Virus record (IMG/VR): IMGVR_UViG_3300036846_000162
Coordinates: 1 to 54,904 of that record
Strand: one strand, 5' to 3'
DNA: 54,904 nucleotides
Origin: a virus
Lineage: Duplodnaviria; Caudoviricetes
Position 1 is the first letter of the stretch; the number at the start of each line of letters is the position of its first letter. The notes under the pieces are model-generated. The model was given only the letters and a program-made list of their open reading frames with translations, did not search any database and had not been told where the DNA came from. Positions 19,042 to 28,634 of the stretch are shown here, piece by piece. The translations under genes were made by a program, and so were the position numbers.

Positions 19042-19502
19042 GGTTTTTTCTTGTTTTGTGTTACAAATTGTTTAAATCGTGTCCATAATTCTAGGTTTTC
19101 CTTGTTCTTACTAAAGGATGCTGTAAATTCCTTCCTATACTCTGCTGGTTCTCCAGCTCTTTTAGCTAGTGTCTCCTCCCTTAAGTCTTTACCACTTATA
19201 CCCATCTCCAATCCATACTTATAGAACAAATACTTAGTAATCTTCTTATCTCCTCTCACTATCTTCTTAGTTAGACTACCACCTGTAAATTCCTTTACTA
19301 GTCTCCTCAATTCCCATAATCTAGCCCTTCTTTTCTCTAATCTCTTAATGGCTCTTTTCCAGATCTTTATTTTTCTAGTTAATGTCCTTGTTCTAAGGTA
19401 ATACTCTGTTTTTAGTATGTTCTTCCTTTTAGTATAGATATGGATATGGGTTATGTAGACTCTTTTGAGGTCAGCTAGGCTCCTCCCCTTCCTTCTTATC
19501 AT
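19038..19502 (-). CDS. Basic hypothetical protein, possibly nucleic-acid binding
   Basis: Very Lys/Arg-rich 154-aa ORF in operon-like packing. Confidence 0.6.
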   Translation of the reverse strand: MIRRKGRSLADLKRVYITHIHIYTKRKNILKTEYYLRTRTLTRKIKIWKRAIKRLEKRRARLWELRRLVKEFTGGSLTKKIVRGDKKITKYLFYKYGLEMGISGKDLREETLAKRAGEPAEYRKEFTASFSKNKENLELWTRFKQFVTQNKKKP

Positions 19503-19815
19503 TCTCCCTCCTTATTGGGTCCATACCCACTTTATAATCGAAAAGGCATCTCCATTCCTCACCTGTATCTGCCATAAACACATGTTTACAGCTCATTCTA
19601 GGACATTCATACAAGGTTACTGTTCCTATCTGATGTACATTCACAGCACTGAACTTAACCTTGTTTTCCTCACTATATCCAAGAGTACCTGCTATCTTTT
19701 TCATTGCTCCAGGTGTAGCATGTTCAAATACTGACATTTTGTTGAGATTCTGGAGTGCATCTCCATCATCCCAATTCCGCCCACAATTAGGGCATGTTCC
19801 TAATCTATTTATCAT
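19471..19815 (-). CDS. Zinc-ribbon hypothetical protein
   Basis: CPNC...CPRMSC; AAGGAGG upstream. Confidence 0.6.
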   Translation of the reverse strand: MINRLGTCPNCGRNWDDGDALQNLNKMSVFEHATPGAMKKIAGTLGYSEENKVKFSAVNVHQIGTVTLYECPRMSCKHVFMADTGEEWRCLFDYKVGMDPIRRENDKKEGEEPS

Positions 19816-20113
19816 TGTTTTCCTCCTTTTTTATTAATTCTAACTGTCCTTCGTCAAACCATGCTAACTTCCCTGTAGGTTTACTTAGGCTGTAGGTTGG
19901 TATATTCTGTACCATAGATACTTGGTTAACTATACCTAGCTTTCCTACCTCACTAGGAGATATGTCAATACATCTCCATATATCTCCCTCGCTTACTATA
20001 GGGTAATTATCACTCTTCTCCCAGTCTTTAGGCTCCCATATAAGATGCCCATACTTAACTACTTTTACTGCATCTCCTATCTTAAATTTAGGTACTACTT
20101 GTTGTTCTTCCAT
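19805..20113 (-). CDS. Small SH3/KOW-like hypothetical protein (paralog of next gene)
   Basis: KFKIGDAVKVVKYG...DISPSEVGKLGIV...WFDEGQLE. Confidence 0.6.
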   Translation of the reverse strand: MEEQQVVPKFKIGDAVKVVKYGHLIWEPKDWEKSDNYPIVSEGDIWRCIDISPSEVGKLGIVNQVSMVQNIPTYSLSKPTGKLAWFDEGQLELIKKEENNDK

Positions 20114-20115
20114 AG

Positions 20116-20355
20116 TTATATTTTTTGTAGTTGTTCTTCATTATATGGACCATACTTATTGCCTATTCCACTTACATAGTATTTAGGGAAGTTCTTACCT
20201 ATTATCATATCTACCACTCCCTCCTGACCTACTAGCCCAGGCTTTATATCTCTAGGTTCTAATGCGCCTTCATCATTAGGTTCTAGTTCCATTTGTCCAT
20301 ATAGAACTATCTTAACTTTATCACCTACTTTCAGGGTTGTGTTCATTGTTTCCAT
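20116..20355 (-). CDS. Small SH3/KOW-like hypothetical protein
   Basis: LKVGDKVKIVLYG...DIKPGLVGQEGVV...YNEEQLQ. Confidence 0.6.
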   Translation of the reverse strand: METMNTTLKVGDKVKIVLYGQMELEPNDEGALEPRDIKPGLVGQEGVVDMIIGKNFPKYYVSGIGNKYGPYNEEQLQKI

Positions 20356-20605
20356 AACTGTTTATTCTTAATAGTTTATAATACTTACCTAATACTGACT
20401 TCTTAATGATAGCTTTAGAGTGTAACCTTACTATCCTAGATACCTTTCTACCTATATAGAGCCTGACATATCCACTATAGTTCTCTACTTTCTCTAGGTA
20501 CATATCATATCCATATACTCCAGTGTATACTTTTAATCTTTTTTCTGTAGGTCTATTGAATATATCATTAAGTGCTTCCTCCACTATGGTCTTAGTCAGT
20601 TCCAT
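20321..20605 (-). CDS. Hypothetical protein
   Basis: Packed - strand ORF overlapping neighbours. Confidence 0.55.
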   Translation of the reverse strand: MELTKTIVEEALNDIFNRPTEKRLKVYTGVYGYDMYLEKVENYSGYVRLYIGRKVSRIVRLHSKAIIKKSVLGKYYKLLRINSYGNNEHNPESR

Positions 20606-20912
20606 TTGTAATTTGTTTAGTTACTTCTTTATAATCAGTATCATATACATTCTCAAGATCATCCATACTCCCTTTACAGGTCTCAAAATGCCTTATTACA
20701 TTAAGTATACCCCTCTCTACTAGCTTACCACACTTCTTACAAAGAAAACATGATGCCCATATCTCCTTCTTTGTAGTTTTTGAGGTTATAGTAGGTTCAC
20801 CTAATCTTTCTTTAGGTATTCCTATGATCTGCTTTATCTCATCTTGCATGGCTGCTAATGTATCTAAGTACTCAAGTATTCTAGGACTTAATTTTGAGTC
20901 TATCTCTTCCAT
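20592..20912 (-). CDS. Hypothetical protein with zinc-finger-like motif
   Basis: CKKC...H...C motif; packed ORF. Confidence 0.55.
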   Translation of the reverse strand: MEEIDSKLSPRILEYLDTLAAMQDEIKQIIGIPKERLGEPTITSKTTKKEIWASCFLCKKCGKLVERGILNVIRHFETCKGSMDDLENVYDTDYKEVTKQITNGTD

Positions 20913-21124
20913 AGTTTACTTTTTAGTTCTGCATCTGGATAACCCTCACCTAACATCTTTAGTGCTTTACCTGCTGATTTAAAATTAGGTTCAGGGTATC
21001 CTAATTCCTTCAAGAACCTGATAATGTCTTTTTCTCTATACACTATTTCATCCTTCTTGCACAGCTCCCCATGTGTGTGTATCTTCATTAGCATTAGAGC
21101 TAATTGGTGTCCTGTTTTTTCCAT
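20900..21124 (-). CDS. Hypothetical protein
   Basis: Packed - strand ORF. Confidence 0.55.
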   Translation of the reverse strand: MEKTGHQLALMLMKIHTHGELCKKDEIVYREKDIIRFLKELGYPEPNFKSAGKALKMLGEGYPDAELKSKLWKR

Positions 21125-21128
21125 AGCT

Positions 21129-21284
21129 TTAATACTCCCATCCTTTGTGTTTAATGTTAGGTACTATACCTATAGGTACTCTACGTATCTTCCTATTACG
21201 TTGATTCTTTAGCCATTTCCTTGAGTAAGACCTTCTTCCTAAAAATCTTTCAAGGTGTTCTATCTTCTGTAAACATAAGCTCAT
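21129..21284 (-). CDS. Small basic hypothetical protein (51 aa, not in ORF track)
   Basis: GGAGGTTAAT-ATG; MSLCLQKIEHLERFLGRRSYSRKWLKNQRNRKIRR...; exactly fills the gap. Confidence 0.55.
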   Translation of the reverse strand: MSLCLQKIEHLERFLGRRSYSRKWLKNQRNRKIRRVPIGIVPNIKHKGWEY

Positions 21285-21294
21285 ATTAACCTCC

Positions 21295-21534
21295 TTACTT
21301 TTTAGTTATTGCTACTCCATCAGCACTATACACTAGTATGTACTTGTTACTATCTACTGTTAACTCATAGACACTAATCAGTGGTGCAGCTACTATCTTC
21401 TTCATGTCTACCCCATCTACTGCTGTAGCTCTATCTAACTGAGTATGTCCATGACTATTTAGATAGTATAATGCCCCTGCTACTATCATTGATAGAGTTA
21501 TAATTGCTATTACTATTTCCAGATTACGTTTCAT
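21295..21534 (-). CDS. Membrane-anchored hypothetical protein
   Basis: N-terminal hydrophobic helix IVIAIITLSMIVAGALYYL. Confidence 0.6.
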   Translation of the reverse strand: MKRNLEIVIAIITLSMIVAGALYYLNSHGHTQLDRATAVDGVDMKKIVAAPLISVYELTVDSNKYILVYSADGVAITKK

Positions 21535-21799
21535 CTAATAGATTTTCAATGTGATTACTGTTGTAGAAAGGACTATTGATGTAGAACTGTATTAGTAGCT
21601 CCTTTGGTAAGTCCTCTGCTTTCTCTATTACTACCCCTGGCTCCAGACTCAAAGCTAAAGTACCATCATTAGCCTGTATCCTAGTGTTTACTCCTCTGAA
21701 TGTATGTGATTCCTCCTTTATCACAGAAAAGAGTTGGGTATTTTCTACCCACTCTTTAAATTGTTTAGCTTGGCTCTCTGTTAGTTGTATTTGATTCAT
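21524..21799 (-). CDS. Hypothetical protein
   Basis: AAAGGAGG upstream of ATG. Confidence 0.6.
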   Translation of the reverse strand: MNQIQLTESQAKQFKEWVENTQLFSVIKEESHTFRGVNTRIQANDGTLALSLEPGVVIEKAEDLPKELLIQFYINSPFYNSNHIENLLDET

Positions 21800-21818
21800 T
21801 GGTGTCCTCCTTTGTACT

Positions 21819-22040
21819 CTATCTACTTTCTTTAATAGATTTCTTTAATTCTTCTGGTAAGTTATCAAAGTTGTGCAGTTTAAAAGTATTACCTCCTACA
21901 TGCTCAAACCAGTAAGGTATATAGTACCATTTAGGCGTACTATCTTCAAACATAATATGAGAGCAATCTGCTAAGAACTTCTTCTGCTCATCTGTAACTT
22001 TCATTGTAATACCATTATTCGGTATCATGCTAATTTCCAT
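21819..22040 (-). CDS. Hypothetical protein
   Basis: AAGGAGG upstream; packed ORF. Confidence 0.55.
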   Translation of the reverse strand: MEISMIPNNGITMKVTDEQKKFLADCSHIMFEDSTPKWYYIPYWFEHVGGNTFKLHNFDNLPEELKKSIKESR

Positions 22041-22347
22041 TTTTATCCTCCTTTTTTATTATTAGTTTAAGTAATTCTATCTGGTCTTTGGTTAACTCTA
22101 TCTTCTTGCTGAACCTTCTTTGAGGATGACCATAAAGATAGTTCTTAAGATAGTCTCCCAATGTTATCAGACCTACCCCTATAATACCATTACCATCTAT
22201 ACTAGCATCTATAACTTTTTCAATAGTCAAATTCCTTCTTATCATTAGATCTAGTACTTCCTCTTGTGTTATAGGAGTCTCTATCTTCTGTGCTGGTGGA
22301 GTAGCTCTCCTATAACCTATCTTATCACCTTTCTTAATCTTTGCCAT
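22030..22347 (-). CDS. Hypothetical protein
   Basis: Packed - strand ORF. Confidence 0.55.
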   Translation of the reverse strand: MAKIKKGDKIGYRRATPPAQKIETPITQEEVLDLMIRRNLTIEKVIDASIDGNGIIGVGLITLGDYLKNYLYGHPQRRFSKKIELTKDQIELLKLIIKKEDKNGN

Positions 22348-22573
22348 TACTACCTTTTTTTTGATTTGACATAGAGCTTAGAATAAATTGTTGTACAGCT
22401 ATCTCTAAGTCCTTCTTTAATGCAGCTTTCTTACTCTTTAACTCACTAACATTAATTGTAAGCTTAATCCACATATCATCTGACTTAGCTTGGCTCCTTA
22501 TCCACTTAGCTTCAGTAATATCCCTCTGTACCTGCTGTATTTCATTAGCTATCTTTACTATGTGATTTGACAT
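22334..22573 (-). CDS. Coiled-coil hypothetical protein
   Basis: Heptad-like pattern; AGGAGG upstream. Confidence 0.55.
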   Translation of the reverse strand: MSNHIVKIANEIQQVQRDITEAKWIRSQAKSDDMWIKLTINVSELKSKKAALKKDLEIAVQQFILSSMSNQKKGSNGKD

Positions 22574-22668
22574 TGTTTCCTCCTATTTTCTTTTTCTAAT
22601 TGATAATCCTACAAAATAGCCCAGTGTAAAACCAACTAAAATAGCTACTATACCAATCCAATCTATAG

Positions 22669-22884
22669 TCATACTATCCTCCTTTTAATTTGTGTTGAAC
22701 TAACCCATCTTTTCTCTGATGCTGAGGTCTTTCCTGCTATCAGTACTTCAAATTCTACCCTTGGATTACTAATGTACTGTATCATCCTTATATCTTCTAT
22801 GATATAAAGACCAGGACTACTCTCTAGTTCAATAGTATCTCCTGGTTCATAGGGTAGGAAACCCTTTGCTACTTGCATTTTCAT
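22669..22884 (-). CDS. Small hypothetical protein
   Basis: PYEPGDTIEL beta-barrel-like start; packed ORF. Confidence 0.55.
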   Translation of the reverse strand: MKMQVAKGFLPYEPGDTIELESSPGLYIIEDIRMIQYISNPRVEFEVLIAGKTSASEKRWVSSTQIKRRIV

Positions 22885-22964
22885 CTTCCTTATTTCCTCC
22901 TTTGTTTTGTCGTTTAAATATTGACCAATAATAGAACACTATAGCTAGTACCGCTATAGCTAGA

Positions 22965-23240
22965 TTAGACCATATCCATACTTCGAGTATCAGTAGCATC
23001 ATTAGCCTCCTTCTTTTCCCAGTTATCTAATACTAGCTTTAATATATCAGCTGCTTCCAGAAGATATCCCTTCTCTATCTCCGTAAGAGAAGAGAAGTCA
23101 CTACGTGGCATATTTCTTGCTTGTGCATATAGACCACTTATCTTAAACTTAGTCCAGTTTCTTTTATGTGCTTCTTGTTGTTTATCTGTCATACTCACTA
23201 TTTTAGTGGTTAAAAAGGGCAGGCTCGTTTGCCCTAACAT
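22965..23240 (-). CDS. Hypothetical protein (start uncertain)
   Basis: ORF in - strand array; an internal Met (MTDKQQ) may be the real start. Confidence 0.5.
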   Translation of the reverse strand: MLGQTSLPFLTTKIVSMTDKQQEAHKRNWTKFKISGLYAQARNMPRSDFSSLTEIEKGYLLEAADILKLVLDNWEKKEANDATDTRSMDMV

Positions 23241-23264
23241 CTCCTGCCCAGTACAAGAACGAAT

Positions 23265-23594
23265 TTAAACTGTACTGACTTGTGGTGGTAAGTTCTGTAT
23301 AACTTCTTTCAGGTTATCTGGTAGTACTGCTAACTCATCTTCCCTCAATGACATAATACCATCATCAGGAGCTACTCCAAAGAATACTTCCCATTCTCCT
23401 ACCGATGTATCATCAAGAAAAGACTTCTTTAGCCTACCCTGAATAGCCCTACATGAATAATTTACCTGTGTGCCAGCCATACAGGTATGTGTCTTTACAT
23501 CAAGTACTTCTACGGCTGAAATGTGTCCTGTTGTATCCCTACTATATTTATGTTTGAGTAGGTCACCAATGTTGAACTTTGTTTCTACTGTCAT
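23265..23594 (-). CDS. Hypothetical protein
   Basis: ETKFNIGDL N-terminus common in small phage proteins; ATGA coupling. Confidence 0.6.
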   Translation of the reverse strand: MTVETKFNIGDLLKHKYSRDTTGHISAVEVLDVKTHTCMAGTQVNYSCRAIQGRLKKSFLDDTSVGEWEVFFGVAPDDGIMSLREDELAVLPDNLKEVIQNLPPQVSTV

Positions 23595-24034
23595 GTTGTG
23601 TCTCCTTTTTGTTTTAAATTTCTGTCTATTTCTTCTAATAGCTTATCTCCCTTTTCCTCTGTGTGTATATCCACATAGCTGTCTACGAACTCTACAAAAG
23701 CTTCTCCTCCTTTATCTCCATATATCTTTAAAGCCTGTGAGAATAGACTCGCATAAAGTATATGTCTATACTTAAAGAATAAGTCTATCTTATGATTAAT
23801 TTCATCACTCCTTTGCTCTTGCTCTGCTATCCCCTCTGGAGTATTATGCTCATGTGCCATAGTACCCATTATTCCTTTAAACATAGGATGTGACTCATGC
23901 ATAGTATACATACCTACTGTAGCAAATAGGTGTCCATCTACCCTAAAGTAGAGCCTATCATCTTTATATTCTACATTAGTAATGACAGACTCTGGTTTTA
24001 GTACACTTTGTAGCTCTAGCCATTCCCTCCTCAT
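23591..24034 (-). CDS. Hypothetical protein
   Basis: ATGA-coupled on both sides. Confidence 0.6.
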   Translation of the reverse strand: MRREWLELQSVLKPESVITNVEYKDDRLYFRVDGHLFATVGMYTMHESHPMFKGIMGTMAHEHNTPEGIAEQEQRSDEINHKIDLFFKYRHILYASLFSQALKIYGDKGGEAFVEFVDSYVDIHTEEKGDKLLEEIDRNLKQKGDTT

Positions 24035-24654
24035 GTTTTTGGTTTTAAATGGTGATTAAATACTTCGCTTTCTTCTGTTGGTGGAAAGTCTAACTCTCCT
24101 GTCATATCTTCTGCCTTTAAGGTAGTACCATAGAACTCATTCAACTGCTTGGCAAATTTGATCTTATACCTATTATCTTTTACTAGTATCCGTCTATAGA
24201 TTGGATGTACATTAAAATAGTTGTCAATGTCCTCCTGACTGTACATCTTACTATAGCTACCCATCTTAAAGGTCTCAAAAGCCTTGAAGTACTTGACTGG
24301 CAGTTTAACTATTATCATGTGTAGAGTCGTCTTCTGTATGTTACCGTATACATAATCGTTATCATAACTGTCATGGTTCCTGATGAAATCCAGAAAGGCT
24401 GTAAAATAGGTTGTAGCGATGTCGCTGTCCAGTAATATGAATATGTGCTTCTCATGCTTATACCCCCTGTTTGATACTATGATATCTCCTATACCTACTG
24501 CTACCTTATATGCATTGTTCAGTCTCTTAGTGAACTCATGCCCATAGGATTTAAGGCATGGTAATAAATACTTCCTAGTCTTGTTGGGAAATATACCCCA
24601 GTCCCTCTGGTTAGTGACTTTATCTAAGAATATATCTCCCACTTGTATTTTCAT
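24031..24654 (-). CDS. Hypothetical protein of the replication module
   Basis: 207-aa ORF directly downstream of the RecE-like nuclease. Confidence 0.65.
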   Translation of the reverse strand: MKIQVGDIFLDKVTNQRDWGIFPNKTRKYLLPCLKSYGHEFTKRLNNAYKVAVGIGDIIVSNRGYKHEKHIFILLDSDIATTYFTAFLDFIRNHDSYDNDYVYGNIQKTTLHMIIVKLPVKYFKAFETFKMGSYSKMYSQEDIDNYFNVHPIYRRILVKDNRYKIKFAKQLNEFYGTTLKAEDMTGELDFPPTEESEVFNHHLKPKT

Positions 24655-24668
24655 AGTCAGCTTGTTTA

Positions 24669-25910
24669 TTAGATTGGTAAATCTGTTTTAAACTCTCCAT
24701 CTACCCATACTATACCTCTCTTCTCTTCTAATAGCTTCTCCACACTAAAATCATAAGCCTTATAGGTAGCATATTTCTGTAAGGCAGCATACCATCCATC
24801 CACCTCATCATCACCATTAACTCCTCTTAGCATTGCTTCCATCTTCATAGGGAATATTAAAGGTATACCTGCACTACTAGTACTTTCTACTATGAAAGCA
24901 AACTGATCTATATGATAGTCTCTAACATCCTTTCCTACTATCTTACAGATGGTCTCTAAACACTGCTTTATTCCCCTTGTATAGAAAGCTGCTTGAACAT
25001 CTCCTCTTCTCTTCTCTATTACAGTATTAAACTTAGTTACCGGCTGTCCAGTAGTCTTAACATCCATTGGAGTTATCTTCTTTAGCTTATGACTGATTCT
25101 TGTAGTATCTAGCATACACTTACAGAATACTGTAGCCTGAACTACTTCCTTACCTACCATTATGGTTACTTCCTCTTCCCATTCCAGTATAAGCTGATAG
25201 ATAATATCTGTCTCACTTGTACCATTGTAATTAGCAGGATCAAATAACCCTTTAGTAAACTTATGTGTAAGTAAGCTATTAGCTACTGCTCTTGATACCT
25301 CATACTGTACCTGTGAAAGAACCTGTTTACCACTCGACTTTAATAAGTCTTGCCAATAGCTCTCACAAGTACCATCTGCTAACAGCATCTTATCAGCTCT
25401 GGTATCTTCCATCCAACTCCTTTCATCAACCTCACCCTTCTTGAGCTTCTCACTTGGTACCTTGAGATTCATATAATATCCTACAGTTCCATCAGCACTC
25501 ACTATAGTATTCATAGCATCATACAATTCCTTCCTAAATGAACCTAACCTATCTCCTGGTACTACCTGATGGTATGGAAGATCTATCGAAGGCTCTCCTT
25601 TGACTACCAACTTGTCATAGATCTTCCTGACGACAAGTATTGCCTTATCTGAGGGCTTCTTAGCTAATCCCTCATAATAATATCTCTCCTTAAATACTTC
25701 CTCTCCTTCAGTGATAAGACAATCTACTGCCTTACCAATAATGAAGTGTTCGGCATCTTCAGCATAGAACTCCTCTTCTTTCTTGAGTTCTTCCTGCTTG
25801 TTAATATAAGCCTGCATTCCACTAAATAATATAGCCTTGATTGCAGACTGATTCATTGCGGTACTTTGGTAGTACTCGTCTATCTGTTCTTTTGGTGTGC
25901 GGTATATCAT
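24669..25910 (-). CDS. PD-(D/E)XK exonuclease, exonuclease VIII/RecE-like
   Basis: N-terminal MNQSAIK and IGKAVDCL; KCMLD...PMDVKTTG...QAAFY catalytic motifs. Confidence 0.75.
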   Translation of the reverse strand: MIYRTPKEQIDEYYQSTAMNQSAIKAILFSGMQAYINKQEELKKEEEFYAEDAEHFIIGKAVDCLITEGEEVFKERYYYEGLAKKPSDKAILVVRKIYDKLVVKGEPSIDLPYHQVVPGDRLGSFRKELYDAMNTIVSADGTVGYYMNLKVPSEKLKKGEVDERSWMEDTRADKMLLADGTCESYWQDLLKSSGKQVLSQVQYEVSRAVANSLLTHKFTKGLFDPANYNGTSETDIIYQLILEWEEEVTIMVGKEVVQATVFCKCMLDTTRISHKLKKITPMDVKTTGQPVTKFNTVIEKRRGDVQAAFYTRGIKQCLETICKIVGKDVRDYHIDQFAFIVESTSSAGIPLIFPMKMEAMLRGVNGDDEVDGWYAALQKYATYKAYDFSVEKLLEEKRGIVWVDGEFKTDLPI

Positions 25911-25932
25911 AGTACTTTGTTTTATTCGATTA

Positions 25933-25950
25933 TTAGGGGGGGTTGATAGG
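25933..25950 (-). promoter_or_regulatory. Conserved 18-bp motif, copy 1 (putative phage RNAP promoter)
   Basis: + strand TTAGGGGGGGTTGATAGG, about 23 nt upstream of the nuclease start. Confidence 0.7.
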
Positions 25951-25965
25951 CTTTACTTCGGTGAC

Positions 25966-26160
25966 CTACAATGGTAGCATACGATTCTCATTTATCCAGT
26001 CTATCATTTTTTGTGCCTCTCTTAATATCCCATCTACAGTATCACAATTACGTGTCTTACTTACTATCTGTATTATCTTCCATCTAAAGTCAGCTCCTCC
26101 TACTTCTACTTTCAGAGGAGTCTTATGAAATTCTTCTAGCATCTTATCAAGAGCATCCAT
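25966..26160 (-). CDS. Hypothetical protein
   Basis: Packed - strand ORF. Confidence 0.55.
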   Translation of the reverse strand: MDALDKMLEEFHKTPLKVEVGGADFRWKIIQIVSKTRNCDTVDGILREAQKMIDWINENRMLPL

Positions 26161-26164
26161 AGCT

Positions 26165-26437
26165 TTAAGTTGTTATGTTTAATGTATCTAACATTTGCAG
26201 TAATCTGTTTCTCCTTTTTATTGCTTCCTCTTTTAACCTCTCTACTGTTGATGTCATTAATACTACCTGATTGTTATATGTATCAATCTTATCTTGTAAC
26301 CTTTGATTCTCTATCCTAAGACGTGTTGCTTCTACTTGTTGTTCCTTTAACTTGTTACGCATATTTTGAAGCGTAAATATAGCAGCTATAATGCTTACTG
26401 AATATAAGCATAATACTATTATTTGTCCTATTGTCAT
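26165..26437 (-). CDS. Membrane-anchored coiled-coil protein
   Basis: N-terminal TM helix followed by coiled coil; AAGGAGGT upstream. Confidence 0.6.
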   Translation of the reverse strand: MTIGQIIVLCLYSVSIIAAIFTLQNMRNKLKEQQVEATRLRIENQRLQDKIDTYNNQVVLMTSTVERLKEEAIKRRNRLLQMLDTLNITT

Positions 26438-26439
26438 AA

Positions 26440-26982
26440 TTAACCTCCTTCTTTAATACTGTTTAATCTTGCGAACTCTCCAAAAAATTCCTTAGCCTTA
26501 TCATTGTAAGCTATTGCTGCATCCTCCTCACTAGTGAATCTTCCTAAATTATAATTCTTGCCTTTATGCCTTACTTGAGCCTTCCATTTACTGTTTATGG
26601 TATCCCAACTTACACCCTTATACATAGAACTACCATCAGAATGTTTACTTGTATTAGCGTTATTTTGTAAGATTGTAGCTATTCTAAGATTTTCCCTTCT
26701 ATTATCCAATCCATCACAGTTTTTATGGTCTACTCTTATAGTGGGTTCTAGTAGTAGTCTTAATATCTGCCTATGCATCTTAACAATAGTAGGGTATCTG
26801 TTGGCTCTTTCTTCTTTAGTTGATCTTCTATGGGCATATAGCAAATTTGAGTTTGGATTACATATACACCATCTATACTTAGATAGCTCCTCATAGTCTT
26901 CATCATCTACTAGTATGCCTATCCTGTCTCTGTTTTTTATTGCTATTATCTCTTTCATACTACATAGTTTATAGATAATCAA
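26440..26982 (-). CDS. HNH endonuclease with AP2 DNA-binding domain (free-standing homing endonuclease)
   Basis: VDDEDY...MHRQI...VDHKNCDGLDNRRENLR (HNH); SMYKGVSW...KWKAQV...LGRF.SEEDAAIAYN...GEFARLN (AP2). Real start is probably MKEII. Confidence 0.9.
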   Translation of the reverse strand: MIIYKLCSMKEIIAIKNRDRIGILVDDEDYEELSKYRWCICNPNSNLLYAHRRSTKEERANRYPTIVKMHRQILRLLLEPTIRVDHKNCDGLDNRRENLRIATILQNNANTSKHSDGSSMYKGVSWDTINSKWKAQVRHKGKNYNLGRFTSEEDAAIAYNDKAKEFFGEFARLNSIKEGG

Positions 26983-27361
26983 AAATAGGCGGAGTCTTTA
27001 GTACTTTAATTATAGTACCAGGTTCTAACCTATTAATACGTGGTTTTCCAAAACAGGGGATGAACTCATATATACAGTCATCATTTAGCCAACCTTGCTT
27101 GACCATCTCATCAGCTATAGTTTCTGTGGGAGCTGTAATATCCCAGTAGTTGTCTATGTTTCTGATGAATGTAAAATGGATAAAGTATGGTCTTGGTAAG
27201 TCCTTTACTGCTTCTCTAAAAGAGTCTCTATGCTCAGCCCATGCCATCATACTAGCCCTCTGCCATTTCTTAATGGATGGTGAGGAAACTAAGTTCCTCC
27301 CAGTCCATACTTTACCATTCTTTAGAGAGGGTACATTCCCTGGTATAAACCATTGTCTCAT
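26969..27361 (-). CDS. RusA-like Holliday junction resolvase
   Basis: IPGNVPSLKN...WD...IAD...WLNDD pattern of the RusA family. Confidence 0.65.
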   Translation of the reverse strand: MRQWFIPGNVPSLKNGKVWTGRNLVSSPSIKKWQRASMMAWAEHRDSFREAVKDLPRPYFIHFTFIRNIDNYWDITAPTETIADEMVKQGWLNDDCIYEFIPCFGKPRINRLEPGTIIKVLKTPPIFDYL

Positions 27362-28137
27362 ATGATATGTTTTCTGTTACGTACAGTTATTTGTTCTTCT
27401 GCTGGTTTCTCATTAAGTTTCTCCATCTTCTGATGTATATCTGCTAACTTCCTACTTAGTCCATCTTTACTGTAAGATGCTAACGAATAGGGTAACTTCA
27501 AGTACCTAGTTACTACTCCAAAATCACATACCTCATATATAGGCTTCTTACAGTTGTGCAACTGTTCCTTTACATATCTAGTTATTGCATTGACATGCAT
27601 TATTCTATTAAGTAGTAGGCTATAGTCATAGGTCATTTCTCCTATTCTAAACTCAAATGTCTTTAGACCATTGAATTTGAGCCAACAATTAGTAGTTCCT
27701 ACAGTCCTATGATTATAGCTTCTTGTATATCCCCAGTTTTCTAATTCACTTAGTATATAGCTTTTCTCTCTTAAAGCCTCAACACATACCTGCTCAAAGC
27801 TAACATCAGTACAGTCTACATGATAATGTATTCCTGAACCCATATTCAGCTTGCAATTAACTCTTAACTGTCTAGATATAAGATATAAACATATGATTCC
27901 TCTTATTCCATTTGGTATTCTAAATCTCTGTTCATAGGCATCACATTGTACATCCATGATAAAAGGTATGCTAGTGAAGTTCTTTACATCATACATATCA
28001 CTTAGATGAGACTCTATCTCGAAACCAGTTGAATAGGGTATTAATCCATTGAGTAGGTCAAGTACCTCTCTTCTTTTTACTGTGGCTATAAGCAGGGGAT
28101 TCTCTAAGAACCCCTCTGCTTCTTTGTTAATCTCCAT
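27358..28137 (-). CDS. Putative amidoligase (COOH-NH2 ligase family)
   Basis: TGFEIE, GSGIHYHV and TFEFR motifs. Confidence 0.7.
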   Translation of the reverse strand: MEINKEAEGFLENPLLIATVKRREVLDLLNGLIPYSTGFEIESHLSDMYDVKNFTSIPFIMDVQCDAYEQRFRIPNGIRGIICLYLISRQLRVNCKLNMGSGIHYHVDCTDVSFEQVCVEALREKSYILSELENWGYTRSYNHRTVGTTNCWLKFNGLKTFEFRIGEMTYDYSLLLNRIMHVNAITRYVKEQLHNCKKPIYEVCDFGVVTRYLKLPYSLASYSKDGLSRKLADIHQKMEKLNEKPAEEQITVRNRKHII

Positions 28138-28148
28138 GGGCTTACATT

Positions 28149-28634
28149 TTAATGTTCTCCAGGTCTGCTGTAACCACTACTAACCGGCACTGCTCTTTGT
28201 TCCTTTTCTTCCACTCCTTTAAGCTTCTTAAGTAGAGCTTCTACTTCTGCTACTGTAAGATCCTCTGCTTTGATAGCTGCTTCAATATCACTGGCAACCA
28301 TCTTCCTTTCTTCTGCTGCTTTGGGTTCTTCTTTCTCTTTCTTCTTGGCGAGCTTCTTTAAACCTTTCTCCTGCATTTGGAGCTTGTCTTTCTCTTCTGC
28401 TTTCTTGGCAGCCTTAGGCGTTAGGATTTTGATAATCTGTTTCTTGGTAGCTTCGGAGTTCTTTAGATTGTAGGCAGCTACCTTCTGTTTAAGAGTTTCT
28501 ACAATCGTTTCATCTGTGATAGATGCTGATAGTGTTTCACCATCAATCTTCCCTATGAAGTTCTTCCCTACTTTCTTCAGGGAGATGCTGAATGGCTGTT
28601 TCGTAGCAGCCTTCTTCTGTGGCTTCTTGTCCAT
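28149..28634 (-). CDS. Lys/Glu-rich hypothetical protein
   Basis: Start reassigned to MDKKPQKK (A-rich leader) to reduce overlap with the upstream gene. Confidence 0.55.
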   Translation of the reverse strand: MDKKPQKKAATKQPFSISLKKVGKNFIGKIDGETLSASITDETIVETLKQKVAAYNLKNSEATKKQIIKILTPKAAKKAEEKDKLQMQEKGLKKLAKKKEKEEPKAAEERKMVASDIEAAIKAEDLTVAEVEALLKKLKGVEEKEQRAVPVSSGYSRPGEH

